Assembly: GCA_020059585.1 (NCBI GenBank)
Contig: JAGVBU010000003.1
Span: 879-64,878, forward strand
Direction: 5' to 3'
Source: Minisyncoccota bacterium
GTDB lineage: Bacteria > Patescibacteriota > Minisyncoccia > UBA6257 > GWB1-50-10
DNA length: 64,000 bases
In this document: positions 8,711 through 17,944 of the stretch, one piece after another
Numbering within the stretch: the stretch's first letter is position 1
How the letters are laid out: the number at the start of each line of letters is the position of its first letter
Position numbers and translations under genes: made by a program
The notes under the pieces: model-generated
The model's input: only the letters and a program-made list of their open reading frames with translations
What the model was told of the DNA's origin: nothing
Database searches by the model: none

Positions 8711-11692
8711 ATGATGAGAAAAGAGGAAAAGTTCGACGAGTTATACAAGAAACTGAATCCAGCGCAAAAGGAGGCAGTGGACGCGGTTGAGGGTCCTGTC
8801 ATGGTAGTTGCGGGACCGGGAACGGGGAAGACCCAGATATTAACCCTCCGTATCGCGAATATTCTTCGAAAAACCGATGCGCAGCCCGGAAATATTCTTG
8901 CGCTCACTTTTACGGAATCGGCGACGGTATCCATGCGGCGTCGTCTTGTAGATATTATCGGAGGTGCGGCGTATTCGGTTGTTATCGGGACATTTCACGG
9001 GTTTTGTAACGATGTCATTCGGAATTATCCGGAGGAATTTCCGCGCATTATCGGCTCGCAGAACATTACCGAGATTGATCAGGTACGCATCCTCGAATCG
9101 ATCATTAATGCGATGCCGCTCAAGGAACTGAAGCCGTTCGGCGATCCGATGCATTATCTGCGTTCTGTTCTCTCGAATATAAACACGCTCAAGCAGGAGG
9201 GTGTGAGTGTTGACGTATTTAAGAAAACGGTGACACAGGAGCGGATTGAGTTTGATGCGCATGAAGAGAAATTCCATGTAAAGGGACCGCATGCGGGGAA
9301 GATGAAAGGGGAGTTTCAGCGTCAGGAGAAGCAGATAAAAAAGAATGAGGAGCTGGTGACGGTGTATCGCGAATATCAAAAAGAGCTTGCGCGCGCAAAA
9401 TATTACGATTGGAGCGATATGATCATCGAGGTCTATGAGGCGCTTCTGCGGAACAGCGATCTTCTTCTTATGCTTCAGGAAAAGCACCAATATATTCTTG
9501 TTGACGAACATCAAGACACAAACAATGCCCAAAACAAGATTCTTGAGCTTCTTGCGAATTACTACGAGAACCCGAACATTTTCGTCGTGGGGGACGAAAA
9601 ACAGGCGATATTCAGGTTTCAGGGAGCGTCGCTTGAGAATTTTTTGTATTTCAAGGAGAAATATCCCGACGCAAGAATGATCACGCTTGAGGAAAATTAC
9701 CGTTCAACGCAGTCGATTCTTGACTCCGCACATAGTCTCATTGAGAGCGAGAAGCGCCTAAAGGCGAACGCATCCCATGATGAGCGGAATATAATGCTTT
9801 TTTCTTTTTCCCGTCCGGAAGTCGAATATTTCTTTCTTGCGGATCATATTGCAAAACGGATTCGGGGCGGTGTTCATCCGCATGAAATTGCGGTCATATA
9901 CCGTGATAATCGAGATGTGTTTCCGGTCGCGCATGTGTTTGAGAAGCATACAATCCCTTTTGCGATTGAATCCGATCAGAACATTCTTGAGGATATAGAC
10001 ATAAAAAAACTCCTCCTCTTGTTTCGCGCGGTGGAACATTTCGGAAAAGACGAACTCCTTTTCGAGGCGATGCACATCGATTTTTTCGCGATCGATTCCG
10101 TTGATATATATACGCTCATAGATTACGCGCGGAAAGAAAAAGCATCCGCGCTTTCTCTGATGCGCGCGCCGGATATTCTTGATGCAATGGGGCTCGTTTC
10201 TCTTAAAGAAGTGAAAAGATTTTTTGCGAATATGTCCGTGTGGAAATCAAAGAGCAAAAATGCCGATATCGTGACTTTTTTTGAGACGGTTGTTCGGGAA
10301 TCGGGTTTTCTTTCTCATATTCTCTCCCTTCCCGATTCGGTGGAAAAAATGGATAAGCTTATTGCTCTTTTTGATGAAGTAAAGTCACTCGCCGAAGTGC
10401 ACCGCGGAATGACGCTTGGAAAGTTTATTGAATATCTCGACACGCTCGATGCGCACAATGTTTCAATAAAAAAAGGCGGTGCTCGCCACGTTGTCTCACG
10501 GGTCCGTTGTATGACCGCGCATCGGGCGAAAGGGCTCGAGTTCGAATATGTCTATATCATCAATGCGTATGACGGACACTGGGGAAACAAGAAGAAGATC
10601 AATTCACTTCCTCTTGTTCCGCGCGCGTTCTCGCTTTTCGGAAGGAGTATTGATGGAAACGAAATTGATGATGAAAGGAGGCTTTTCTATGTTGCGCTTA
10701 CCCGCGCGAAAAAGGAAATATGCGTTTCATATGCGCGTACCGACGACGGGGGAAAGGAGAAAATACCGTCGCAGTTTCTTTCCGAATTAAATTCCGCGCA
10801 TATTACCGAGGAAAAATCCGATGAATATGAGGATGCGTATGTTTCGAAGAAGTCAGAGATGTTTTCGGAATCGTTTTCCTCCGGCGTTGATGTGCGGAAC
10901 AAGGATTTTGTAAGGGATGTGTTTATGAGGAACGGACTTTCCGTCACGGGACTCAATAATTATCTTGATTGTCCGTGGAAGTATTTTTACATGAATCTTT
11001 TGAGAATTCCGAAGGCACCCGAGAAACATCAGATGTACGGCATCGCAGTGCATGGAGCGCTCAAAGATTTTTTTGAAAACCTCAAGAAAAGGGAGGTTGG
11101 AAGCGACTATCTTCTCCAGCGGTTCGAGTTTTATCTCAATCGCCAACCCCTTACGCCTAACGATTATTCCGAAACTCTTGAGAGGGGAAAAAAGGCGCTT
11201 GCGGGATATTTCGAAACCTATGCGGGGCGTTTCCATACGCGCTCACTCACTGAATTCTCGATTCAGGGCGCGCTTCTCGCTCCCGACATCCGTCTTACAG
11301 GAATTATCGATAAGATGGAAATGCTGGACGAGACGGGGAAGGTGAATGTTGTTGACTATAAGACGGGAAAACCGAAATCGCGCGGAACGATAGAGGGCGC
11401 CACGAAATCATCCGACGGCGGAATCAAACGCCAGCTTTTGTTCTATCGTCTTTTGCTCGAGCTCTATAAAGAAGGAGGAAAGTTCACTATGGTTTCCGGG
11501 GATATCGACTTTGTCGAGCCGGATGAGAAGGGGAGATATAAAAAAGAACACTTCGATATTGTCGAGGGGGATGTGGAGGAATTAAGACAGCTCATTCTCA
11601 CGGTCTCCAAAGAGATTCTTGAACTTTCTTTTTGGGACAGATTTTGTGATGAACCGAAGTGCGAATTCTGCGAACTCCGAAGGATGATGTGA
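8711..11692 (+). CDS. UvrD/PcrA-like SF1 helicase fused to C-terminal PD-(D/E)XK (RecB/Cas4-like) nuclease with Cys cluster (AddA-like)
   Basis: LNPAQKEAV..VVAGPGTGKTQILTLRIA (Walker A, UvrD-like N-terminus), LVDEHQDTN, GDEKQAIFRFQGA, VRCMTAHRAKGLEFEYVY. C-terminal VVDYKTGKP..QLLFYRLL and terminal CDEPKCEFCE. Confidence 0.75.
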   Translation: MMRKEEKFDELYKKLNPAQKEAVDAVEGPVMVVAGPGTGKTQILTLRIANILRKTDAQPGNILALTFTESATVSMRRRLVDIIGGAAYSVVIGTFHGFCNDVIRNYPEEFPRIIGSQNITEIDQVRILESIINAMPLKELKPFGDPMHYLRSVLSNINTLKQEGVSVDVFKKTVTQERIEFDAHEEKFHVKGPHAGKMKGEFQRQEKQIKKNEELVTVYREYQKELARAKYYDWSDMIIEVYEALLRNSDLLLMLQEKHQYILVDEHQDTNNAQNKILELLANYYENPNIFVVGDEKQAIFRFQGASLENFLYFKEKYPDARMITLEENYRSTQSILDSAHSLIESEKRLKANASHDERNIMLFSFSRPEVEYFFLADHIAKRIRGGVHPHEIAVIYRDNRDVFPVAHVFEKHTIPFAIESDQNILEDIDIKKLLLLFRAVEHFGKDELLFEAMHIDFFAIDSVDIYTLIDYARKEKASALSLMRAPDILDAMGLVSLKEVKRFFANMSVWKSKSKNADIVTFFETVVRESGFLSHILSLPDSVEKMDKLIALFDEVKSLAEVHRGMTLGKFIEYLDTLDAHNVSIKKGGARHVVSRVRCMTAHRAKGLEFEYVYIINAYDGHWGNKKKINSLPLVPRAFSLFGRSIDGNEIDDERRLFYVALTRAKKEICVSYARTDDGGKEKIPSQFLSELNSAHITEEKSDEYEDAYVSKKSEMFSESFSSGVDVRNKDFVRDVFMRNGLSVTGLNNYLDCPWKYFYMNLLRIPKAPEKHQMYGIAVHGALKDFFENLKKREVGSDYLLQRFEFYLNRQPLTPNDYSETLERGKKALAGYFETYAGRFHTRSLTEFSIQGALLAPDIRLTGIIDKMEMLDETGKVNVVDYKTGKPKSRGTIEGATKSSDGGIKRQLLFYRLLLELYKEGGKFTMVSGDIDFVEPDEKGRYKKEHFDIVEGDVEELRQLILTVSKEILELSFWDRFCDEPKCEFCELRRMM

Positions 11693-11708
11693 CGCAATAA
11701 AAATTCCG

Positions 11709-12038
11709 CTATTTATGGAGCGGAATTTTTGATGCAAGTTCCTTATGCTTCTTTCTTTTTTGCACACGCACCGCGATATAGGTACCAAGCCATCCTCCGA
11801 TGACGATGGGGACGGTATAGAGAAAATTTTCAACATAGCTTAATACACCGACCGCGCCGATGATATAGAGCACGGAGCCGAACGACGCGGCGCGTCCTGC
11901 TTTGAGGTCGGTAACCGAGATCATATAGTACGCGTAGAGCACGTCATACACGAAATAAGCGACGAATACTCCGGCGACAAGAAGAAAGTCGAGATCATTC
12001 CATGCCCATAATATTTTTTCTATGAGGGATGCGGTCAT
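11709..12038 (-). CDS. Small membrane protein (hypothetical)
   Basis: Start chosen at internal Met (MTASLIEK..), which gives a 4-nt ATGA overlap with the upstream methyltransferase stop. Two to three hydrophobic helices. Confidence 0.4.
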   Translation of the reverse strand: MTASLIEKILWAWNDLDFLLVAGVFVAYFVYDVLYAYYMISVTDLKAGRAASFGSVLYIIGAVGVLSYVENFLYTVPIVIGGWLGTYIAVRVQKRKKHKELASKIPLHK

Positions 12039-12694
12039 GATAGTTTTCTTTTTTTTGCGATAATACCGATACGCGTGAGATTCGTGGGAAATTCGTTCCA
12101 CAAGAAAGGAATTACCGAAATCTCGTCAAAATTATTAATGCGGAGCATTCGCGAGAATTCTTCGGGAGCGATAACGGGGAAATTGAAAATAGTTCCATAT
12201 GATTTTCCGATTATGCTGTTGCTCATGCCTATGTTTATGAAGCATCCTCCGGGTTTCAGTATCCGCGCGATGACGGGGAGCGAGATCTCGAGATCAGAAT
12301 GCTCCATGACCGCGCTTGCGATTACGCAATGAAATGAATCGGGCTTAATATGCGTCCACTCCTCTTTCGAGAGATACAGGATTTCTTCGGGATTATTGAC
12401 GTCCGCTTCCCCGAATTCTATGCGTTCCGGCGGAACCTTCCTCTTAAATGCGATTTTTGCCGCCGCAAGAAGCATATTAGGATCGATGTCGGTCGCGGTG
12501 ATGTGCGCGTTCGGGAAACGCTCAAGGAGCGTAAAACTTGCGATTGCGGTGCCGCATCCTATTTCAAGGATTTCTGGATATGGGGGGAGCGCGATAGGGA
12601 GGCGCATGATGTATTTTTTCAATCCGCGTTCAAGTCCGCTTATTTTCATGCCCGCATTCCACAGCCCAGACACTTTTGTGTACGGTGTTTCCAT
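12035..12694 (-). CDS. Class I SAM-dependent methyltransferase
   Basis: LEIGCGTAIASF (motif I), ITATDIDPNML (motif II) and KPGGCFI (post-II), a Rossmann-fold methyltransferase layout. Confidence 0.65.
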   Translation of the reverse strand: METPYTKVSGLWNAGMKISGLERGLKKYIMRLPIALPPYPEILEIGCGTAIASFTLLERFPNAHITATDIDPNMLLAAAKIAFKRKVPPERIEFGEADVNNPEEILYLSKEEWTHIKPDSFHCVIASAVMEHSDLEISLPVIARILKPGGCFINIGMSNSIIGKSYGTIFNFPVIAPEEFSRMLRINNFDEISVIPFLWNEFPTNLTRIGIIAKKRKLS

Positions 12695-12778
12695 ATGTTT
12701 CTATTATAGTCCAAAAAAATAATATTGACAAATATATAAAATATTTGTATCGTATACACAGATGTTTTTATAAAGGAT

Positions 12779-13234
12779 TTGGAGCACGCAATGAGGAAGA
12801 ATATCGCGCAGATCTTCTTTAATCATATGGGATATCCGCGAGACGTGGAGGATTTTCTCCTTCCTTACGTGATACGCTCTCTTGTGGTTTTAGAAGGTAT
12901 GTTTAAGGAAGAGGTTACTCTTCTTTCCCTTTGTAAATGTAAGCTTCGGTTTATCACGTTCCTCAAGGAACACGCCTTGGAAGATATGAAGAAGCGGGGT
13001 ATGCATACCCAGTGTACGCGTCTTTTTGATCTTGAAACAAAGCTACGAGAAGTGATTGACACGCTTCCCGAAATTTCGAAAAGAACGCCATATTTTGAGG
13101 ATTTCTTTTTCTCGTTCGGACGTGAGGGCGCGGGCATCGGACTTACGGAATCGAATATGAAGTCCTATATGAATGGGACTTTGAAAATCATCGACATTAT
13201 CGAGTCTCAGCCAGAAATTGTGTTTCGGGTGTAA
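12779..13234 (+). CDS. Hypothetical protein
   Basis: ORF of 151 aa in an otherwise gene-free interval; no motif recognised. Confidence 0.4.
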   Translation: MEHAMRKNIAQIFFNHMGYPRDVEDFLLPYVIRSLVVLEGMFKEEVTLLSLCKCKLRFITFLKEHALEDMKKRGMHTQCTRLFDLETKLREVIDTLPEISKRTPYFEDFFFSFGREGAGIGLTESNMKSYMNGTLKIIDIIESQPEIVFRV

Positions 13235-13268
13235 ATTCTAAGAATTATAACGCACGTTTTATTGTGCG

Positions 13269-14243
13269 TTATTTTTTTATCTTCTCGTCTTTTATTCCGT
13301 TTAATATGCGTTGCATTTCCTTAATATCTTTGTCGTCAATGACTGAAACAGGGAGCACTGTTTTTTTTATCTTCTCGGAAAGTTTTTTCGCTTTAAGAAT
13401 TGTTTCTTTCTCTGGGGGGATATCTTTTTTTGAAAGGAATACATATTCATCTTTTTCCGCAAGTGCGGGATTATATTTTGAAAGTTCTTTCCGTATCGTA
13501 TCGTAGTCTTTTTTTGGGTTATCACTTTCCGCTGAAATGAAATGAAAGAGGACGCGTGTCCGCTCGATATGCCGGAGGAATTTTATACCAAGCCCCTTTC
13601 CTTCGTGCGCACCCTCAATAAGTCCGGGAATATCCGCGAGAATAAGTTCATAGTACACACCAAGGTGCGGCTCAAGCGTAGTGAATTGGTAATTCGCCAC
13701 TTTGCTTTTCGCGTTTGTGAGCGTGTTGAGCCAGCTCGATTTTCCCACGTTGGGAAGTCCGATGAGTCCCACATCAGCGATCATTTTAAGTTCAAGACGG
13801 AGCGTAAAATGTTCTCCGGGAGTTCCCGGCTGGAACTCTTTGGGAGATGTGTTGCGCGGCGATCGGAAATGGAAATTTCCTTTTCCCCCTGATCCACCGC
13901 GCGCAAGAAGAATCCGTTCTCCGATTTTCGTGATTTCATCGCGGGATGAATTTGTGAGGTTATAAATGACGGTTCCGACGGGAACCTCAATGATGGAATC
14001 TTTTCCAGTGGTGCCATCGCGGAACTGTGATCGTCCCTCTCCTCCTTTTTCCGCCTCTATTTTCTTTTTGTATCTGAAATGATTGAGCGCCCCCAAGTCA
14101 GCGACGCCTTCGGCGTAGATGCTCCCTCCGTTTCCTCCGCGTCCTCCGGAGGGCCCTATGGCGAGTTTATTCTTATCAAATGCAACTGCGCCACGTCCCC
14201 CCGCGCCTCCTTTTATTTCGATTGTTACGTCATCTATCAGCAT
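13269..14243 (-). CDS. obg: GTPase Obg (short form: Obg fold + G domain)
   Basis: Gly-rich Obg fold (GGAGGRGAVAF, GGRGGNGGSIYAEG). G motifs GLIGLPNVGKSS (G1), TLEPHLG (G2), DIPGLIEGA (G3). Confidence 0.85.
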   Translation of the reverse strand: MLIDDVTIEIKGGAGGRGAVAFDKNKLAIGPSGGRGGNGGSIYAEGVADLGALNHFRYKKKIEAEKGGEGRSQFRDGTTGKDSIIEVPVGTVIYNLTNSSRDEITKIGERILLARGGSGGKGNFHFRSPRNTSPKEFQPGTPGEHFTLRLELKMIADVGLIGLPNVGKSSWLNTLTNAKSKVANYQFTTLEPHLGVYYELILADIPGLIEGAHEGKGLGIKFLRHIERTRVLFHFISAESDNPKKDYDTIRKELSKYNPALAEKDEYVFLSKKDIPPEKETILKAKKLSEKIKKTVLPVSVIDDKDIKEMQRILNGIKDEKIKK

Positions 14244-14344
14244 GCTTTGATTGTATGCAATTTAGAGGATATGCGCCATTTGCGCGCTGTGATGTTCTGT
14301 TGTACGGTATGGATAGATTTTAAACAACACGAAAGAGGTATGCG

Positions 14345-14908
14345 ATGAAAGTCATAGGGATAGTGGGAGAAAAAGCGAGCGGAAAAGAGACGTGGGGCAA
14401 TCTTCTTTTCGAGTTTCTCGACGCGGAAGGAAGTACATACACGAGAATCCGATCCTCTGATATCCTGAACGAAACTTTGAACTTGTGGCACATTCCCTCG
14501 ACGCGAGAGAATCTCCAAAAGCTTCCTGTGGGAATGGAATCCATGTTCGGCGAAGGATCGTTGACGCGTGCGGTAGAGGCGCGTATCAGATCATTGGCTT
14601 CCGATATCGTCATTTTCGACGGAGTGCGATGGTATTCTGACGTGGCAATGATACGTTCTTTTCCCGATAATCTTCTTATATACGTAACCGCATGCGTAGA
14701 TACGAGATTCATGCGCATACGGAACAGAAAAGAGAAGGTGGGGGAATTTGGTATCTCATACGAGCAGTTTCTTAAAGAAGAACGCGCGGCAACGGAGATA
14801 CATATTCCCAAAATCGGAAAAGGTGCCGATTATACATTTGAAAATAACGGAGACGTGCTTGAATTTTCTGGATCCATTGGGGATTTTTATCAGTCGGCTA
14901 TTCGTTAA
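14345..14908 (+). CDS. P-loop NTPase, putative small nucleotide/nucleoside kinase-like protein
   Basis: Walker A IGIVGEKASGKET at N-terminus. Size and layout resemble dephospho-CoA kinase or a small kinase, but specificity cannot be read from sequence. Confidence 0.45.
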   Translation: MKVIGIVGEKASGKETWGNLLFEFLDAEGSTYTRIRSSDILNETLNLWHIPSTRENLQKLPVGMESMFGEGSLTRAVEARIRSLASDIVIFDGVRWYSDVAMIRSFPDNLLIYVTACVDTRFMRIRNRKEKVGEFGISYEQFLKEERAATEIHIPKIGKGADYTFENNGDVLEFSGSIGDFYQSAIR

Positions 14909-14985
14909 TAGCCGATTTTTATATTTTCACACGGGGTTGACCCGGATACGCCTTTCCTATACACTCCACTTTGGAAAATATATTA

Positions 14986-15055
14986 CGGGGTATGAGAGAA
15001 TCGAGGCGTCTTATCTGCAGTAAGACACCTGTGGGATCAATTCCCGCTACCCCGA
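14986..15055 (+). ncRNA. tRNA-like element (acceptor-like stem, anticodon-like arm, T-arm-like hairpin, no D-arm); function unknown
   Basis: Hand fold: 7-bp stem CGGGGTA/TACCCCG, 6-bp stem GTCTTA/TAAGAC with 7-nt loop, and GTGGG-ATCAATT-CCCGC hairpin. The D region does not pair. A terminator follows at 15070..15101. Confidence 0.2.
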
Positions 15056-15069
15056 CGAAATCCATCTAA

Positions 15070-15101
15070 AACCCTCTGCGTCGCAGGGGGTTTACTTTTT
15101 T
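15070..15101 (+). terminator. Rho-independent terminator in the 260-nt intergenic region downstream of the tRNA-like element
   Basis: CCCTCTGCG-tc-GCAGGGGG followed by TTTACTTTTTT. Confidence 0.45.
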
Positions 15102-15169
15102 ATATTTATGATGTATAATATAAGATAGTAATAATTGATTTTTATATAACCTTAAAAAAGGAATATGCC

Positions 15170-15817
15170 ATGAATACGTCAGTGCAGTGGTTTGAAGAGA
15201 ATCTTTCTTCGATTTTCAGCGACGCGTCGGTTCGTGATCAGATGCGTTACGCGAAATTGCTTCGCACCGCGCTCAAATTGCGAAAAATAAAGAATCACCC
15301 CTATTTCGAGGTAATTACAGCGGCACTTTATGAATTTTCTCATTGTTCCCAGAGATCCGATTATATGCCGGTGCTTGAGATACAGAATACCGCATATCTT
15401 TTTGACGGACTTCTCGATGAGGAAGCATCTTCGATTGATGCGATTCTTGAGAATTTCTTCCCGGGAGAAATACGGACTATTCGAGATTTCTTCGCGAAGA
15501 AATTCGAAGCGCCCGTCATTAATCTCTATAACGCTCCCGAAGAAGATCTTTCCGAAGAGGAGAGAATCTATGAGGCGATGAGAGAGGCATCAAATGTTGA
15601 TAATTTTGACGATTTTAAGATTCTCAAAAGTGGTCTTAAGATTGGAGAGATATTTGATGCATTCGAGGAATATTTTGCTTTTGAACCTCTTCATCCGCTT
15701 ACGGGTATCGAACGGAAGGAACGATATGGACAAATGATCGTTCGCCGCGGAAAAGAGCGGATTCTTATTACCGCAACACCGGGACAGAGCGAATCATATA
15801 TCAGTATTGTGAAATAA
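15170..15817 (+). CDS. Hypothetical acidic protein
   Basis: ORF of 215 aa with an AT-rich upstream region; no motif recognised. Confidence 0.45.
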   Translation: MNTSVQWFEENLSSIFSDASVRDQMRYAKLLRTALKLRKIKNHPYFEVITAALYEFSHCSQRSDYMPVLEIQNTAYLFDGLLDEEASSIDAILENFFPGEIRTIRDFFAKKFEAPVINLYNAPEEDLSEEERIYEAMREASNVDNFDDFKILKSGLKIGEIFDAFEEYFAFEPLHPLTGIERKERYGQMIVRRGKERILITATPGQSESYISIVK

Positions 15818-15853
15818 GTTTCACGACGTGCGCAGAAATGCGCGCGTTTTTTA

Positions 15854-15882
15854 TTGAATAAATCGATTTTTTGTGGTATATT
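15854..15882 (+). promoter_or_regulatory. Sigma70-like promoter (TTGAAT-17-TATATT) for downstream methyltransferase gene
   Basis: Spacing and hexamers read directly. The promoter lies inside the 5' end of the longest ORF (15871), which argues for the downstream Met start. Confidence 0.3.
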
Positions 15883-15960
15883 CTGCCCGACAGGTTGCGA
15901 TATATTCGCGCGGCAATTCACGAATTTAAGGGCTGTTTCGAGAGATTTGCCCACCTCTAT

Positions 15961-16833
15961 ATGAATAATTTTTCAATACTCTCCACATTTCCGGAAAAGG
16001 ACTATGAGCTTCTGGATAGCGGGGAGCGCGACAAGCTTGAACGCTATGGGTCCGTGGTGCTTTCGCGCCCCGATCCGCAGGCATTATGGCCGAAACGGCT
16101 TCCTGAATCTGAATGGGAAAAGCGGGACGGCGCGTTTGTGCGCGCGAAAGTGGGCGCGCGGTGGGTATTCAAATCGGGAGTCCCTGAAAAATGGAGTATT
16201 GAGCTTGGCGGATTGCGTTTCTGGATTCGTCCGAGCGCGTTTAAACATACCGGTGTATTTCCGGAACAGGTACCCAATTGGGAATGGATAGAAAAGAAAA
16301 TTTCCGGGGCGGGGAGAACCGTGTCGGTGTTAAACCTTTTCGGATATACCGGTGGGGCGACGCTTGCGGCGGCAAAGGCGGGAGCGGAGGTATGTCATGT
16401 TGACGGTTCGCGTGTGGCGATTGGATGGGCGCGAGATAATGCCGCGCTTTCCGGACTTTCCGAAAAGCCCGTGAGATGGATATTGGACGATGCGCTTGCC
16501 TTTGTAAAAAAAGAAATAAAACGCGAAAAGAAATATGACGCGATCATTATGGATCCTCCCGCGTTTGGCCATGGACCGAAACAGGAGCTTTGGAAGATAG
16601 AGACCCATATGCTTGAATTACTTTCGGCGACCTATAATATACTTTCCGAGAACCCCCTTTTCTTTCTTGTGAACGGCTATGCGTCGGGATATTCGGCGCT
16701 TGCGTACAAGAACAATCTTGACGCGCTCACTGCCCGGTTCGGAGGGCGCGTTTCGATGGGTGAACTTTCCATCAAAGAAAGCGGAAGCGAACGCCTTCTG
16801 CCCGCAGGCATATTCGCGCGCTGGGAAAAATAA
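15961..16833 (+). CDS. SAM-dependent RNA methyltransferase, RlmI/YccW-like class I fold
   Basis: VLNLFGYTGGATLAAAKAGAEVCHVDGS (motif I), ILDDALAF, YDAIIMDPPAFG (the DPPxF motif typical of RlmI-like m5C/N-methyltransferases). Start moved to Met 15961 downstream of the predicted promoter. Confidence 0.6.
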   Translation: MNNFSILSTFPEKDYELLDSGERDKLERYGSVVLSRPDPQALWPKRLPESEWEKRDGAFVRAKVGARWVFKSGVPEKWSIELGGLRFWIRPSAFKHTGVFPEQVPNWEWIEKKISGAGRTVSVLNLFGYTGGATLAAAKAGAEVCHVDGSRVAIGWARDNAALSGLSEKPVRWILDDALAFVKKEIKREKKYDAIIMDPPAFGHGPKQELWKIETHMLELLSATYNILSENPLFFLVNGYASGYSALAYKNNLDALTARFGGRVSMGELSIKESGSERLLPAGIFARWEK

Positions 16834-16842
16834 AGATTATAT

Positions 16843-17499
16843 ATGCTCCGCATACTCTACGAAGACAACCATCTTATTGCCGTATTGAAGCCCGCGGGCG
16901 TTCTGACGCAAGGTGACCGGAGTGGAGAGGAAAGTCTCATGGAGATGGTGAAGAAATATCTGAAGGAAAAATATCAGAAGAAGGGGAATGTATTTTTGGG
17001 GCTCCTCCACCGCCTTGATCGTCCCGTGGAGGGAATTGTGCTTTTTGCAAAAACGAGCAAGGGAGCATCGCGGCTTTCCGAGCAGATACGCGAACGGCGT
17101 ATAAGGAAAATATATCATGCGATTGTATCGGGTATGCCTCGGGAGAAGAGGGGTATACTTGTGGACTTTCTCGAAAAGGATACGGCGCGGCTCAAGGCGC
17201 GCAGATCCGAGAAAGGCGTTCGCGCCGAGCTTGCGTATGAAACGATCCGTATGGGAAAAAAATATTCGCTTGTGAGAATAGACCTGAAAACGGGAAAATT
17301 CCATCAGATCCGCGCCCAGTTTTCGCTCATGGGGTGTCCTATCGCGGGGGATGTGAAATACGGCGCGCCGGAGGCGCTTCCGGGAGATGCGATTGCGCTT
17401 GCAGAAACCGAACTCTCCTTTGAAACCGCAACAACGGAGGAGATAAAAAGAATTTCAATTCCATTTCCGAATATCTGGGAAAATCTCTTAAAAGAGTAG
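16843..17499 (+). CDS. RluA-family pseudouridine synthase
   Basis: Catalytic HRLDRPVEGIVLFAKT motif (HRLD with catalytic Asp), then KIYHAIV.. Confidence 0.8.
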   Translation: MLRILYEDNHLIAVLKPAGVLTQGDRSGEESLMEMVKKYLKEKYQKKGNVFLGLLHRLDRPVEGIVLFAKTSKGASRLSEQIRERRIRKIYHAIVSGMPREKRGILVDFLEKDTARLKARRSEKGVRAELAYETIRMGKKYSLVRIDLKTGKFHQIRAQFSLMGCPIAGDVKYGAPEALPGDAIALAETELSFETATTEEIKRISIPFPNIWENLLKE

Positions 17500-17525
17500 T
17501 AATTCTCCGAAATTCCCCAAAAACA

Positions 17526-17556
17526 TCATCCACCCATTAGCGCTAATGGGTGGATG
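17526..17556. repeat. 31-bp palindrome copy 1 (CATCCACCCATTAGC|GCTAATGGGTGGATGG)
   Basis: Seen in sequence; identical to 18072..18102. Confidence 0.6.
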
Positions 17557-17620
17557 GAGAGGGTTAGGATGTGTTGAAAATAAGGGAGTTGGGTGGTAGG
17601 ATATCTCTGTTTTCTATTTT

Positions 17621-17664
17621 TATTGCCGGATTGCCTGCCTGCACAGGCAGGTCTAATGGTAGGA
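17621..17664 (+). repeat. Duplicated 5' half of tRNA-Gln (tattgccggat...tctaatggtagga) interrupted by a 20-nt GC-rich palindrome (tgCCTGCCTGcaCAGGCAGG)
   Basis: Direct comparison with the intact tRNA at 17705: 11 nt + 13 nt identical, with 'cg' replaced by the 20-nt hairpin. Confidence 0.5.
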
Positions 17665-17704
17665 TAGTAATACGGGAAATAAAAGAAAATCAGAAATAAA
17701 ATAT

Positions 17705-17775
17705 TGCCGGATCGTCTAATGGTAGGACGCCTGACTCTGGATCAGGTAATTGGGGTTCGAATCCCTGTCCGGCAG
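17705..17775 (+). tRNA. tRNA-Gln (anticodon CUG)
   Basis: Hand fold: acceptor TGCCGGA/TCCGGCA with U1:A72 and G73 discriminator (the bacterial Gln identity set). D-arm GTCT-AATGGTA-GGAC, anticodon arm CCTGA-CTCTGGA-TCAGG, T-arm TGGGG-TTCGAAT-CCCTG. No encoded CCA. Confidence 0.8.
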
Positions 17776-17785
17776 CTAATGAAAA

Positions 17786-17816
17786 ATTGAGGCACCTCGC
17801 GTGTCTCAATTTTTTA
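17786..17816 (+). terminator. Rho-independent terminator after tRNA-Gln
   Basis: ATTGAGGCAC-ctcgc-GTGTCTCAAT followed by TTTTTTATT. Confidence 0.55.
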
Positions 17817-17944
17817 TTCTTCTGTTGATGACAGGGATTCGAACGGAACTTTTGCGCATGCGTTGCATGATGAAGCAAAAGTCCGTGGCTTCGGGGGAAC
17901 AATTTCATTTGAGCAAAGTGAATATGTAAATTGTGGGGGAGAAG

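Noticed and set aside
13269-14243. Obg being a truncated pseudogene because it is only 324 aa
   Set aside because: The Obg fold and all G motifs are intact and in frame. Short Obg forms without the C-terminal TGS domain are plausible in small genomes.
14986-15055. Calling the 70-nt element a canonical tRNA (anticodon would read UGC/Ala on +, GCA/Cys on -)
   Set aside because: A D-arm cannot be formed on the + strand and a T-arm cannot be formed on the - strand. Position 33 is C on the + strand. It is kept only as a low-confidence tRNA-like ncRNA.
15871-15960. Upstream extension of the RlmI-like methyltransferase ORF (start at 15871)
   Set aside because: A TTGAAT-17-TATATT promoter overlaps this segment. 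The Met at 15961 gives a normal-length protein downstream of the promoter.
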